Assembly: GCA_964016885.1 (NCBI GenBank)
Contig: OZ024745.1
Coordinates: 74,028,001-74,092,000, forward strand
Direction of reading: 5' to 3'
Length of the DNA stretch: 64,000 nucleotides
Source of the DNA: Eledone cirrhosa
Taxonomy: Eukaryota
A model generated the notes under the pieces. That model made no database searches. It was not told the DNA's origin and saw only the letters and a list, made by a program, of their open reading frames with translations. The translations under genes were made by a program, and so were the position numbers. How positions within the stretch are numbered: position 1 is the stretch's first letter; the number at the start of each line of letters is the position of its first letter. Shown piece after piece: positions 28,967-42,486 of this stretch.

Positions 28967-29145
28967 GGGTCTCTTGCTGGTTGGTTTTACCCATAAAATC
29001 TATCCAGGAATTCTTTCTTGGGACATTCTAACCACATGCCCATAGTATCGGAGCTCTCAATTCAGAGACGTTGTGGCTTTACCTGGAGTGACTCTCTGAC
29101 CACTGAGCTATGTACTCTATCGAGTAACATTACTCAGAGAAACCC
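28967..29145 (-). mobile_element. RTE fragment (same family as 12980-13597)
   Basis: gggtctcttgctggttggttttacc...gacattctaaccacatgcc matches ~13408-13590. Confidence 0.7.
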
Positions 29146-29346
29146 CTTTTCTTGATCGCGTCCTTTCGTTCATTACCCAAGATAAGGGTTAGCACCTATA
29201 TCGAATTGAATATGATTAATTAAGAATATGATTCTTTATGAATCCTTCAATAACGTTGGTGATTTTGATGTAAGAGTGATAGATCAAATGTTGGAAGGAA
29301 TTATGGATCACTGCTGCACGTTTCAAAATATGAGAATCATTTTGAT

Positions 29347-29446
<100 letters not shown>

Positions 29447-29494
29447 ACATATACACACACACGCACACGCACACACACACACACATACACACAC

Positions 29495-29553
<59 letters not shown>

Positions 29554-30097
29554 TATATTTCAAAACCTTGAACAGCCTAATTTTTGGCAGTTATGCCCTT
29601 TAAAATATTTACACAGACTTTTCCCCTTCATCTTCTCAATAAATCGGAACCATGTACCTACTTATTATATCTAAAAATATCCTGTCTATACTTCAGAAAT
29701 GATTGAATATTTTAACTTGCTAAAATTTACTTTGAAAATATAATTATGTCTCCCTTTATGTACGCATTTTGCATATTAGACGCCATTTATTTTACAGAAA
29801 TGTTATCATGGAATTTCTGTTATTTCCTGCAAAAATAACAAATTAAATCAAAAACAATATTCCTAAGCAACCGACAGAATTATATATTCTTTCAAAACGA
29901 ATATTTAATTAATATTTCTGTCTACGAAAGCATACATGAAACTATAGAAATGTTTTGCTAGCAAGGTAATATAATTAAAATAGGAACATAAAAATCTGAC
30001 AAAGTTAACTAAACAAAGAACCCGCTTGAAACAATATAATTAGGGAATGTGCACGTGCTCTTGATCTTGTTTATTTGTATATATAATGCACGTACAA

Positions 30098-30264
<167 letters not shown>

Positions 30265-30309
30265 TAACAGATTAGAGTTTAAGCAAAGAATCGATGTTTT
30301 CACCCTTAC

Positions 30310-30353
<44 letters not shown>

Positions 30354-30394
30354 TAATATTAATAATTATAATAATAATAATTATAATTCGTATA

Positions 30395-33300
30395 ATTCGC
30401 CAATCCTCGATAAGAGTGTTTAAATATCGAACATAAACAGTTCGAATAACGGTGAAATGGAGACTAGAACGTCATGTGACAGACTCTCACCCAACACGTG
30501 CCCCCTGGCTCAGCAGCAGGAACCTGACTGTCAACCAAATACTGCTGATGTTGGAGGAAGGAGAAGAAGGAAAGGGGCCAGAACCAACTGGACGAAAGAA
30601 TTGAATAGAACTGTTATGCAATGTTACCTGAAAAGTAACCCCAAGGAGAGGGGCTACAGGAGACGGATGCATAACATCTGGAACGAGATTGGTTTATTTA
30701 AATTAGATGAACAAAAATTGGCCGGGCAGGCTCGGGTAATAAGAACTAATGGGTGGATAAGCGAGCTGGAACTGGAGGAACTGAGCAGAGAGAATGGCTT
30801 GGAGATGGCGGGTGTAGTATGCCAGACAAGCGAGCCAGTGGGAAATGAAGGTGAAGAGGTCCTGAGAACGGAGGAACCACCCGAAGCAGACAATGATCTG
30901 AATACTGAGATAAATAATACCTGGAACAGAGATACGGCCACTGAGGAGATGAATGCTGACGGGCTAGGACAAGATTCGGTTGACATCCTAAATTTAGTGG
31001 TAGATGAATTGAACAATGATAGTGGGAGACCTATGAACCTAAGATTTGTAGACAGGAAAAAGTTAAAAGAAACAACAGCTAAGGTAAACAAAGTCATCCC
31101 ATACCTTGAGGCGAGGAGCCTTCACCAGTGCAACAATATCCTCAAAGCAACAGCAAATACGGTGAGGAAACTACTTGGTATAAAAGCGAGAGGAAACAAC
31201 AGACAAGAAAGAGCAGAGCCGTGGTGGAAGAAGCGACTGAGTGGGCAAATCGGGGAAATGAGAAATGACATAGGAAAGCTTGAGTCACTACTGAATGGGA
31301 CACTAAAAAACATAGGCACTAAAAATAGACTGGAAATAAAATACAAAACTAGGAGGAAAAACCTAAATATTATCATAGAGGAACTGAAGCAACGCATTGT
31401 AGCAAAGAGTGCCAAAATCAGGCGATACGAGAACAGAGTCAGTCAGTATAAACAGAACCGCATGTTCGACAACAACCAGAAGATGCTGTTTGGACAGCTT
31501 GAGGGGAAAGAAAGAGGCAACGACTTGATCCCTGGGGCGGAGCAAACTAAAACATTCTGGAGAGGAATATGGGAGCAGGATGTTAGACATAATGTCCAGG
31601 CAGGGTGGATTGAGACAGTACAGAGGGAGATCGGTGAGCAGGCACAACAACAAACTGATTTGAGTATCACAGTTGAAACTCTTAAGGGGCAGGCCAAAAA
31701 ACTAACCAACTGGAAATCACCAGGCCCAGATGGTGTGCAGGGGTATTGCATTAAACATTTAACATCCCTCCACCCGAAGCTGACGGCCATGTTCAATGAC
31801 TGCTTGGTGTCGGGTGAGGTGCCAGAGTGGTTGACAAAAGGTACCACAGTTCTGATAATGAAAGACCGAATCAAGGGTAATGATGTTACCAACTATAGAC
31901 CTATCACATGTCTGTCCGTAATGTGGAAACTGTTGACGAGCATTGTGTCTGAGGAAATCTACCATCACCTCCACACAAACAACTTGTTACCGGACGAACA
32001 GAAAGGATGCCGAAAGAAGTCACGTGGTACAAAGGACCAGTTACTTATTGATAAGATGGTAATGGGGAATTACAGGAGGAGACACACTGATCTTGCCATG
32101 GGATGGATAGACTACAGAAAGGCATTTGACATGGTGCCTCATTCTTGGATCACCAAAAGCCTGGAGATCTTCAGGGTGGCAGATAACATCATACAGTTGC
32201 TGGGCAGGAGTATGGGGTCCTGGGAGACAGAGTTGACATCAACTGGAGTATCCTTGGGAAGCGTGAAGATCAAGAGAGGTATCTTCCAGGGAGATAGCCT
32301 GTCCCCTCTGTTGTTTGTCCTTGCCCTGATTCCCTTGACCATTATGCTGCGAAAAGTGAGAGCAGGATACAAGTTGGGAAGGGGAGAGCTTACCATCAAT
32401 CACCTCCTCTTCATGGACGATCTTAAGCTCTTCGGGAAAAGTGAGAAGGAGTTGGATGTGCTTGTTGACACTGTCCGTATTTTCAGCAGTGATATATGTA
32501 TGCAGTTTGGTATTGGTAAATGTGGAGTCATTGTGATGAGGAGGGGTAGGTTGAGCAGAAGTAACGGGATCCAGATACCAAAAGGTGAGATGATAAAGGA
32601 AATTGACTCTGAGGAAGGATACAAGTATTTGGGCGTTCTGGAGGCTGATGGCATAAAGAACAAAAAAATGAAGGAATTGTTAAGAACTGAATACATTCGG
32701 AGAGTAAGGAGCGTATTGAAGTCACATCTGAACAGCAGAAATGCCATAAGCGCAGTAAATTCCCGAGCTGTGTCTATTATTAGGTGCAGTGCGGGAATTC
32801 TGAGATGGAATGTTGCTGAACAAAAAGAAATGGATAGGAAGACTAGGAAGCTATTGACTATCTACAACATGTTCCACAAGAGGAGTGATGTCGATAGACT
32901 CTACCTAAGGAGATCTGAGGGTGGAAGAGGTCTTATCAGCATAGAGGACTGTGTTCAGATGGAGAAAAACAACCTATACAAATACGTGACCTATAGTAAG
33001 GAGCCAATGCTCAGAACTGTACTGAAGGAGGGGACAGTAGGCCAGGGGATGTCCAAGGAGGAAATAACATCAAGGAGGAAGAGCAGCCTTAAGGGAAAAT
33101 CCCTTCATAGTACCTTCTTTGAGAAAACTGAATTTAGAGATCCACAGACATGGAACTGGTTGAGAAGAGGAGACCTCAAAAAGGCTACAGAAGGAATGCT
33201 AATGGCTGCGCAGGAGCAGGCCCTCAAAACGAAGTGGTTGAAGCACCATATCTACAAGGAGGAGGCTAGCCCACTGTGCAGGATCTGTGGAGAGAGAGAG

Positions 33301-33925
33301 GAGACTGTGGCTCACATTGTGTCCGAGTGTAAACACCTAGCCCAGACCCACTATAAGGGCTGGAGACACGATGTGATGGGCAGGGTGATCCACTGGCACC
33401 TGTGCAAAGTAAACAATTGACCACATTCTGAGAAATGGTATGAGCATAGGCCAGAGGCGGTGATGGAGAACAATCAGGTGAAGGTGCTGTGGGATTTTAG
33501 GATACAGACGGACAAAAAACTGGAACACAATAGACCTGACCTGGTGGTTGTGGACAAAGAAAAAAGATCGTGTCTGATTGTGGATGTGGCCTGCCTGTTC
33601 GACACGAGAGTGCAAGAGAAGGAGAGGGAGAAAATTAACCGATACCAGGACCTAAAGTGGGAGGTGAAAAGGATTTGGAACTGCCATGAAGTCAAAGTGA
33701 TCCCGATTGTCATAGGCGCACTGGGGACTATCTCCAAAAGTTTCCAGGGATGGTTGAAGAAAATCGGCCCTTCACGCTTTTTGGAACGCTTCAAAAGGCA
33801 TGCTTGCTTGGAACAGCAAGAACCCTCCGATACGTCCTGAATATCTGAGGCTGCAGGTAGTGGTTTGATATTCAATCCAACGGACTTTCCAGTTAACCAA
33901 CATCAATGACTGAGATTCAAGGAAT
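30395..33925 (+). mobile_element. RLE non-LTR retrotransposon family B, copy B1 (5' leader truncated)
   Basis: Near-identical to the reverse complement of 42487-46017. (TAA)n on both sides. Confidence 0.95.
30457..33848 (+). pseudogene. B1 RT-RLE ORF with premature TGA (33418-33420) and a late frameshift
   Basis: A 987-aa ORF plus a 126-aa continuation. The intact copy B2 has Leu at the stop position. Confidence 0.9.
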
Positions 33926-33954
33926 AACAACAATAATAATTATAATAATAATAA

Positions 33955-34415
33955 TAGAGAAATGGTATGAGCATAAGCCAGAGTCGATGATAGAAAACGA
34001 TCAGGTGAAGGTGCGGTGGGAGTTTAGGATACAGACGGACAAGAAACTGGAACACAATAGACCTGACCTGGTGGTTTTGGACAAGGAAAAAAGATCGTGC
34101 CTGATTGTGGATGAGAGTGCAAGAGAAGGAGACGGAGAAATTAACTGATACCAGGACTTAAAGTGGGAGGTAAAACGGATTTGGAAATGCAATGCGGTCA
34201 AAGGCGCACTAGGTACTATCTCAAAGAGTTTCCAAGGATGGTTAAAGAAAATTGGTCCCGCCTCGCTTTATGGAACACTTCAAAAGGCATGCTTGCTGGG
34301 AACAGCAAGAACCCTCCGATACGTCCTGAATATCTGAGGCTGCAGGTAGTGGCTTGATATTCATTTCAACAAACTTTCCAGTTAAATAATATCAATGACT
34401 GAGACTCAAAGAACA
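33955..34415 (+). mobile_element. 5'-truncated 3' fragment of a diverged family B copy (B3)
   Basis: EKWYEHKPES...HNRPDLVV plus the same 3' UTR, with internal deletions. Lies between two (TAA)n tracts. Confidence 0.9.
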
Positions 34416-34436
34416 ATAATAATAATAATAATAATG

Positions 34437-34712
34437 CTTTCTTTATTAACCACAAGGGTTTACATAAAGTAGACATTAAGGACAGTACAGGACAATACAG
34501 GACGGTACAAATGGGCATTTCTGCGTGTAAAAAAAAACAGAGGATCTAATAAAAATAACAATGAAAAATTCCCCAATAGGGGGGAGACTTCCGAATGACA
34601 TTTGTGGAGAAAGCCCATTAAAAGGCCACAGTGACCCTGACTACCAGGGCAAGTGCCCTCTCCCAGTTTTCCACCTTTAATTTAAAGACACATACTCAGA
34701 GTAGGCCCATTC
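34437..34712 (-). mobile_element. Tx1/L1 family D 3' end (D0): ORF2 terminus and 3' UTR
   Basis: Reverse complement of ~51964-52258, including the AATAAA before the (ATT)n tail. Confidence 0.9.
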
Positions 34713-34715
34713 ACT

Positions 34716-36412
34716 TATGTGATGTACTTATATTGACAGAATCTTCCTTGGTATATGGGCAGTTCCCATTAGTACTATCTTTTGTATTTCTCCTATACGC
34801 GAGTTTCCTGGGATTTGCGATAAGTAATCATTAGACCCCTTAGATATCATTCCTAGAGCGCGTACAACCACTGGTATTGTTTTCGTTCTCAATTTCCACA
34901 TTTTTCCAATTTCTATCTCCAGGTCCTTATACTTGCTCAATTTTTCAAATGTTTTTATAGATACATTCTTGTCTATTGGAACGGACATATCAATTAGCAG
35001 GCATACCCTCCTTTTAAAGTCTTTCAATATTATATCAGGTCTATTTGCATATATTTTTCGGTCTGTTTGGATGCTAAAGTTCCACAAGATTGAGATGTGA
35101 TCTTTTTCAAGTATGGGAAGTGTTTGATGCTCCCACCAATCCTTTTGATGGGGCAGGTCAAAATGCTTACACATTATCCAATGTATGTATTGTGCAGTTC
35201 TGTCATGCCTGTTTAGGTATTCTGTTGGAGCTATAGGACTGCACATTGAAATTATATGATCAATGGTCTCTGGTTGTTTTTTTTACATACACGGCATAAT
35301 GGGTTGCATCCATTTTTTATTATGTTGGCTTGGCAATTTTTTGTTGGCAGACACTGATCTTGTGCTGATATAATCAGTCCTTCAGTCTCCGATTTCAGTC
35401 CAGAGGATGCCAACCACTGATGGGTTAAAGTTTTGTCAACATCAGGATTGTTAGCTCTTTCTGGGTATTTTCCATACAGAGGCTTTTCTTGCCATTTCAT
35501 AGCCAGTTTCTGTAGCAGTTCTTTCTTTGCAGTTACTTTTACCTGCTTTGCTTTTTCTGTTTGTCATTTCAGCAGTAAATGGGACTTCTGAAATTTGTAG
35601 TCCATTACTGTATCTTTGTGCATCTTTTGTAATGGAGTATGATCTTTTGATGCTTTCGTGTTTCAAAACGAGTTTGATCATCCAATCATGCGATTCCCTT
35701 AGATATGTAGCTAATCCAATTGTTGCAGTTTTCAACGCAATATCTAACTGGATTAACCCACGTCCTCCTTCTTTCCTAGGGAGATATATTCTATCTGTAT
35801 CTGCCTTAGGGTGATGCATTCTGTGCATGGTTAAGAATTTTCTAATTTTTGTATCGAGCCTACGGATCTCTGTGCTTGACCAGTTGATGACATTGTAACT
35901 GTAGGTTACTACTGGTATGGCAAGCGCGTTTATGGCATCGATTCTATTCCTTGCATTCAATTCCGCCCTTAAGATTGTTTTACTCTGCGGTAACATTCCT
36001 TCCTTATCCTTTCCCTCATTGTCGAGTGCTTGATTCCGTCTCCTTCACAAACACCTAGATATTTCTAAGTTTCCTCTTGATCAAGTTCTCTTATCACATT
36101 CCCCCGATCAAGATTAATGTCTGAACTTTTCAGCAGCTTTCCTCTGGTGAACGTTGCTTTGGCACATTTATCTAGTCTAAACTCCATTTTAATGTCATCA
36201 CTGAACTGCTCCACAGTGGATAATAGCCCTTGCAATTGTTCATCATCTTTTGCAAATAGTTTCAGGTCATCCATGTAGAACAAGTGATTAATGGTTTTGT
36301 CATAGACTTTATATCCATGTTTTGTTTCATTGAACATTTTACTTAATGGTATAAGTGCGATGCAGAATAAAAGCGGTGATAAAGAGTCACCCTAAAAAAT
36401 TCCACAATTAAT
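34716..36412 (-). mobile_element. RLE retrotransposon family C, 5'-truncated degraded copy C1
   Basis: Homologous to ~52443-54136. FYMDD, CRVC zinc knuckle, RHD and NRPD motifs, with stops and frameshifts. Most of the 3' UTR is missing. Confidence 0.92.
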
Positions 36413-36433
36413 AATATTTTTATTATTATTATT

Positions 36434-39400
36434 GAATGCCATGGTTGACGGAGGCTCGACTCTGTAAGGTATAGTAATTTTTAACCGCTATAACAATTGT
36501 AAATCGTTTAAAACATGAACCAAATTGTAGATAAAAACACCCGCCTCCTCGTGAGAGCGGTCTTTCTGCCCGTTATTTGGCCCTTCGGTGTTAAATAACC
36601 GCTTATTGGGGTTTTGTGCCCAATATTCATTTTAAACTGTAAAAAAACATGGCTACAAAAAGGAATTTTTACAAGTCACTCCCACCTATTCCGTCTTCTT
36701 CCTCAATCGTCACTACATCAGAGAGAAGATTGTCTCTCTCCCTCCCTTCTCTAAATGTGGTGTCGCCTCTTTCGCAAGCGACGCCATTAAAGAAAAAGAA
36801 AATATAGTTTCTGGTAGATTTCACCAAGAGAACGTGCATTCCATGGAACATTTCTCCACGACGACGACAACGACGAAAAATGTGTGCGGTAAACACGGAA
36901 AGCCATTTCATTCGTCTGACGTCATGAAGAATAGCAGCAGCCGTAATAACAGCAGCAGCAACAGTGAAAAAGAAAACATTAGAGGCAGCCGCAACAACAA
37001 CAGCATAAGCATAAACATCAACAGCAGCAGCAACAGCAACAACAACAGCAGCAGCAGCAGCAGCAACAACAACAACAACCACAACAACAGTGGCGGCGGC
37101 GGTCGTAGTACCAGCAGCAACAACAAAAGTAACAGCGGCCCTGACGAAAACAACAACAAGAAAGAAAAACCAATCTCGTTTGCAGGTATCGCAAAGAACC
37201 TGGAAACCATCCTTATAACAAATGAGAAATTACAGGAAGCAAAGAAGATGGTGACGAAAACCGGACACCGAGCAATCTGCAAGGCAGCCGAAAAAATTTT
37301 CGAAACCCAACAGCACTGTACTGTCACGTACCGTACAGTAAGCACAAAATCCCGTAGGGTTGAAAGAGCCACAGAGGATCAAATACAAAAAGCCTTAGGG
37401 TCTGTGTGGCAGCGGAAAACGCATATCACCCGAGGCAAGAAATATGCCACCGTGGACGTGCTTTTTGCCACACCCCAGGAGGCAAAAGCTCAATCCTTAG
37501 TGACCCTAAGGAACGAAGAAATGGTGTTGGTGCCCTCCTACTGCGGGAAAAAAATTGTGATGGTCAAACTGACCCCCCCCCCCCCGGGATGGCCCCTTCT
37601 TGGCTGGCCGCGTCTGTCCTCGTCGGAATCGAGGACAAAACAAGTACAGAAAAAAGTACGAGAAGATTGGGTCGGCACCTCCATTAAGATGTTAATCTAA
37701 ACCAACCAGGAGTGCATCGAAGCTATCCCGGATGTGATAGACTTCGATAACGGCACTCAACTGCTCATAAATGATGAGGGAAAACGCCCGAAATGCTTTC
37801 GCTGTGGGTCGAAGACTCACCTCAGGGCCTTCTGCAATGAGAAGACCCTGAGAAAGGAGAAAACCCCTCCTCCTTCCGAAACCGGCTCCACTGCTACCAG
37901 CAACAGGACAGACGGCAAGCACGAGGGATAGGTCCGTGGCACCCATACCCACGCCACGGAAATCAAGAACAGCAGCAGCAGTGGAAGTATTAACAAAAAC
38001 AACAGTAATACCAACTACAGCTGCAACAGAGACTCCACTACAACCATCAACAACCAGAACAAGTGAAAGAGTGGAGCTGGTACCGCTCCGCGACCTCACA
38101 GAATCGGACATGGAGTGTGAGGTGGGAGAGGGATGGCAAAAGGTCGCAAGAAGGCACAAACGCAGAAGCAGCACATCGTCGCCTTCGAAAAGAGAGGAAA
38201 GAAATGAAAAAAGAGTAAAAGCTACTGCAAAGAGACTTACAGCAGCAACACCACCAACACCATCACCACCCACACTAGCACCACCATCACCACCGGCGAC
38301 AACCCCACCGCCAACAACAACAACACCTTCAACACCACCACCACAAGCACCAACATCGCAAACACAACAACAAAACACACACACCCAGCAACAACGACAA
38401 GAAAATAGCAGAACCACACCCCACCCCCAGAAAAACATGCACGGCAATAAATACACACAACAAGAAACTAATGACTTACATAATTGAACACACAGACATT
38501 TCACAGCACAACTACATAATACCAGCACCAATCAAAACACCAACGAACATAAGACTGGTAAGAATAGCACAGAAACAATACAGAAACATTGAAACGAAAT
38601 TCCCCAACGCAGTTGGTGATTTCAGAGACCTAGGAGGGACACTCAACCGGAGAGTATATTCGGATATACTCACAGAAGAGCCGACGACCAGCTGAAGGGA
38701 CGATTCAACGGTCCCTTCACCAGACGATCAAGTGAAAAGGGATGGAGAAACCATCCTTCCTCTACGAGAAATAAGGTAAGTGGTCTTTCCCATCTTTTCC
38801 ACTCCATTTCAATATGACCTCACTCAGAATAGGTAGCATAAATGCGCGTGGCTTGGGGTCGTCATGGAAGCAGGGCCACCTGCTCAACGACCTCAGGTCA
38901 CTAAACATAGATGTAGTGGCCATTGCGAGACCAGAATCTCCGAAGCACGGGCCTTCGCACCGATCTTCGGCGGCTACGATGTGTACGCATCTCCCAGCCG
39001 TCCTGGATCAGGGGGTGGAGTTGCTGTGCTTTTTCGGAGAGGTTTGGATCTCGCCATACGGGCCATCCTCCTGGACCCAGAAGGTAAGTTGGTGGTGCTG
39101 GACGTGACCAGCGGAGACGAGCAAGCTTTCAGGCTAGTGGCCGTCTATGCCCCGACAGGAGCAGGGCGGCCTGATTTCTTCCGGCGTCTGGAGACCTTTC
39201 TAGGAACGTCCCGCCCTTTAGTGTTAGTGGGCAACTGGAACAGGATCTTAGATGCACGCTGGGACTGTGTGGGATTAGCGGATAGGGGAGGAGGGTGAAA
39301 GAGCCTCACCAACCTGCTCAGTCGTTTTGAACTGTCTGACAGGTACCGATTGGATTTCCCGAATGTGCCAATGTGGACTTGGACAAACCGTATAGAGTAT

Positions 39401-42400
39401 TTTGTAGGGAAATAGATAGGTCTAGCATAGGCTGTCCACAATTCAAGATAGTCAGCTACACGGACCACAAATTGGTGATCTGTGTGCTTGACTTAGATAG
39501 GCTTCATAGACGAGGACCCGGCTACTGGAAGCTAAATGCGTCCTTACCAGCGCACAAGGCCTACAGAGACCGGATTAGCAAACTAGTTAAGCGAGCGTTG
39601 ACGGGGGCCATCGTCAACAACAAGTGGTGGTTTGCTCTAAAAAGAGCGATTAGAATAGAGTACATTAGGTTTAGTAAGGCTTTAGCTATAGAGAAAAATA
39701 GAGCAGAGGGAGAACTAGTTAGAAAATTAGACGAGGCGCTTAGCAAAGGCATCGCGACCGACGTACTTGCGGTTAAATTGGGCCTTGACCAATTCTTCAA
39801 TGCAAAGCACGAAGGCTGCGTTGTCAGGGCTAGGGTGCGTGCTCTCAGACACGAGGGGACGAAAGCCGTTCAATGGGCCCAAGTGGCGGAGGTGCGTCGT
39901 GGCAACAAAGCCACGATCCGGTCTTTGGTGGACCACGACGGGCGCATGCTACTCGATCCCGGGCAAATGTGTGAAGCTTTTCAGCGACACTTCGCTCAGC
40001 TGTTCGGGGGCAACGGCGGACCGGATCGAGGGATGGACTTTAGTGTCTACCTCGACGGACTGCCGCGGCTTTCGTCCACTGAGGCGGGGTATTGCGAAAA
40101 GCCGATAACAGCCGCTGAAGTACGGGAGGTAATGACTGGCTGCACAAGACGTAAATCGCCTGGTTTGGATGGTCTGCCATATGAACTTTACGTACAGATG
40201 CCAGCCTTGTTCGGAGGCCTCTTGGTGGACGTCTACTGCAACTGGCAACAGAACGAGAGAATTCCCAGCTCTGTGAGCCGAGGAGCTGTGGCGCTGCTGA
40301 GAAAGGATCCGAACAAGAGGGATAACATAGATAATTTCAGGCCCATAACATTGCTAAACACAGAGTTCAAGATTTTGGCCAAGGTGCTACCAAATATGTT
40401 GGCGCTTGTCGTTGGTGGTCTGGTGGGAGAGGCGCAGACATGCGCTATTCCCGACAGATCCATCCACGACAACCTCAATCTCATGCGATACATCGTAGAG
40501 AGAGTAGCTAGCGAACCTGGCAGGGGTGGGTGCTTGATCAATTTACATCAGTCGAAAGCTTTTGATAGGGTCGACCATCGTTACCTAGCGGCAGTCCTGA
40601 GGGCGGCTGGCTTTGGTCCCGTCTTCAGAGGCTGGATCGCTGCCATGCACAGCGACATCTTCTCTGTGGTGGGAGTGAACGGTCACCTGTCGGAACCGTT
40701 CAACATCATGCGCTCGGTTCGCCAAGGATACCCCTCTCATCCCTCTTGTACGTATTGACTCTCGAGCCATTACTGCACAAACTGGAGACGTTGAGGGGGG
40801 TCCCGCGCGAACTAGCAAGCGGAAGATCCGTGTCAGCATATGCAAACGATGTCACTGTAGTGGTGTCGAACGCCCAACACATTGAGGCGATCGGCATTAC
40901 ACTAAGAGAATACGAAGTGGTGACAGGAGCAATGATCAACCAGGAAAAGTCAGTGGGCTTGCAGCTCGGCATCTGAAGAGGCAGGTCCATGCCGTCCAAC
41001 AGCGTCGTCGGGCGCTGAACGGAAGGACCGGTTAAATTGCTAGGGGTCTGGTTCGGTCCGGACCTCCAGACGGACAAAAACTGGGACGAGGTGACGAGCA
41101 GGGTGGCTTCTCTCACCCAGAAATGAGCGGAGAGGAAGCTATCCCTGAAAGGTCGAGCGGAGGTGGCTAACGCGTACATCGCGTCCTTCATCTACTACCG
41201 CCTGACCTTCGTACCTGGTCCTCAGCTCCGCCTGACTACGCTGGAGCGTTTGTTCTTTCGCTTTTTGTGGAAGGGACGCGCTCCGATGGTCAGGCGGTCC
41301 ATCTGTTGTCAACACCCGCTACGCGGAGGGCTGGTCATGCCGTGGCTGATGATGCGCCGACACGCGCTCAGGCTACGACATCTCCACCTCTTCCTCGACG
41401 GTGATCAGGTGTGGTCGCCGTTTGCTAGACGCGTCTTTCCCCAGCTCGTCTCCTTGACGGAGCTGCAGTCCTGGGTCAAGCGAAGACCGAGAGGGAGCGC
41501 TTGGAGACTGGAATGTCTTCAGGCGCTCACAGCCCTCGACCAATCGGGCAATGTGATCGGTGGAAACTCCACCTCGGCGTTCTATAGAGGATTAGTGGAG
41601 GGGAAGAGCGACGACGTCTTGGGGAAACTCTAGGCTCGACGAAAATCAACTAGCCAATCTGTTCGGAAGAACCTTCGGGCCGGGGCCTATGGACAACTTC
41701 CAGAAATCCCTGGCCTGACAGTGCTACCGAGGAGCTTTGCCAGTTCGGGATAAACTCTACAGGCATGGAGGTGCCGTCAGCCGGGCATGTCTGAGATGCG
41801 CGCAGGGCGAGGAAACCGTCCTGCACGCACTCGTCCAATGTCCGATATTGCTGACTTGTCGGTTTATGTCGAACACCTCCTGTCGCGTGTAGGACGGATC
41901 CGGCTATCAGCTGAGTCCATCGTGAGGATTGCCCAGCCCACTTCCTTTAGCCGGGAAGGGCAGGAAGTTTTTATCTGTCTGGTGGCCATGGCGAAAGAGA
42001 TAGTATGGTGGACACGTTTGAAAGGGCTGAAGACAGGCACTTACCTCTTCGCTGATGCCCTGATTAACTTTTTCAAATTTCATTTGAAAAGGAAAATCAG
42101 GGTAGAGAGGGAAGTGCTCTTTTCCCAGCATTTTGTTGAAAGATGGGTGAGAGAAGCAAGAATGGCCCGAATGAATGGGCCTACTCTGAGCATGTGTCTG
42201 TAAATTAAAGGGGGAAAACTAGGAGAGGTCACTTGCCCTGGTGGTCAGGGTCACTGTGGCCTTTTAATGGGCTTTCTCCACAAATGTCCCTCGGAATTTT
42301 TCATTGTTATTTTTTTGTTACATCCTCTGTTTTGTTTTTTTACACGCAGAAATGCCCATTTGTACCGTCCTGTATTGTCCTGTACTGTCCTTAATGTCTA

Positions 42401-42430
42401 CCTTATATAAACCCTTGTGGTTAATAAAGA

Positions 42431-42433
<3 letters not shown>
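36434..42433 (+). mobile_element. Tx1/L1-clade retrotransposon family D, full-length degraded copy D1
   Basis: Colinear with 46255-52258 and has the same 5' start gaatgccatgg. ORF1 and ORF2 are broken by many stops and frameshifts (YADD is YAND). Flanked by (TTA)n. Confidence 0.95.
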
Positions 42434-42476
<43 letters not shown>

Positions 42477-42486
42477 GTTATTGTTA

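Noticed and set aside
33418-33420. In-frame TGA in B1 (and TAG in C2) as readthrough or selenocysteine
   Set aside because: Sister copies have sense codons (Leu, Tyr) at these positions, so they are ordinary nonsense mutations.
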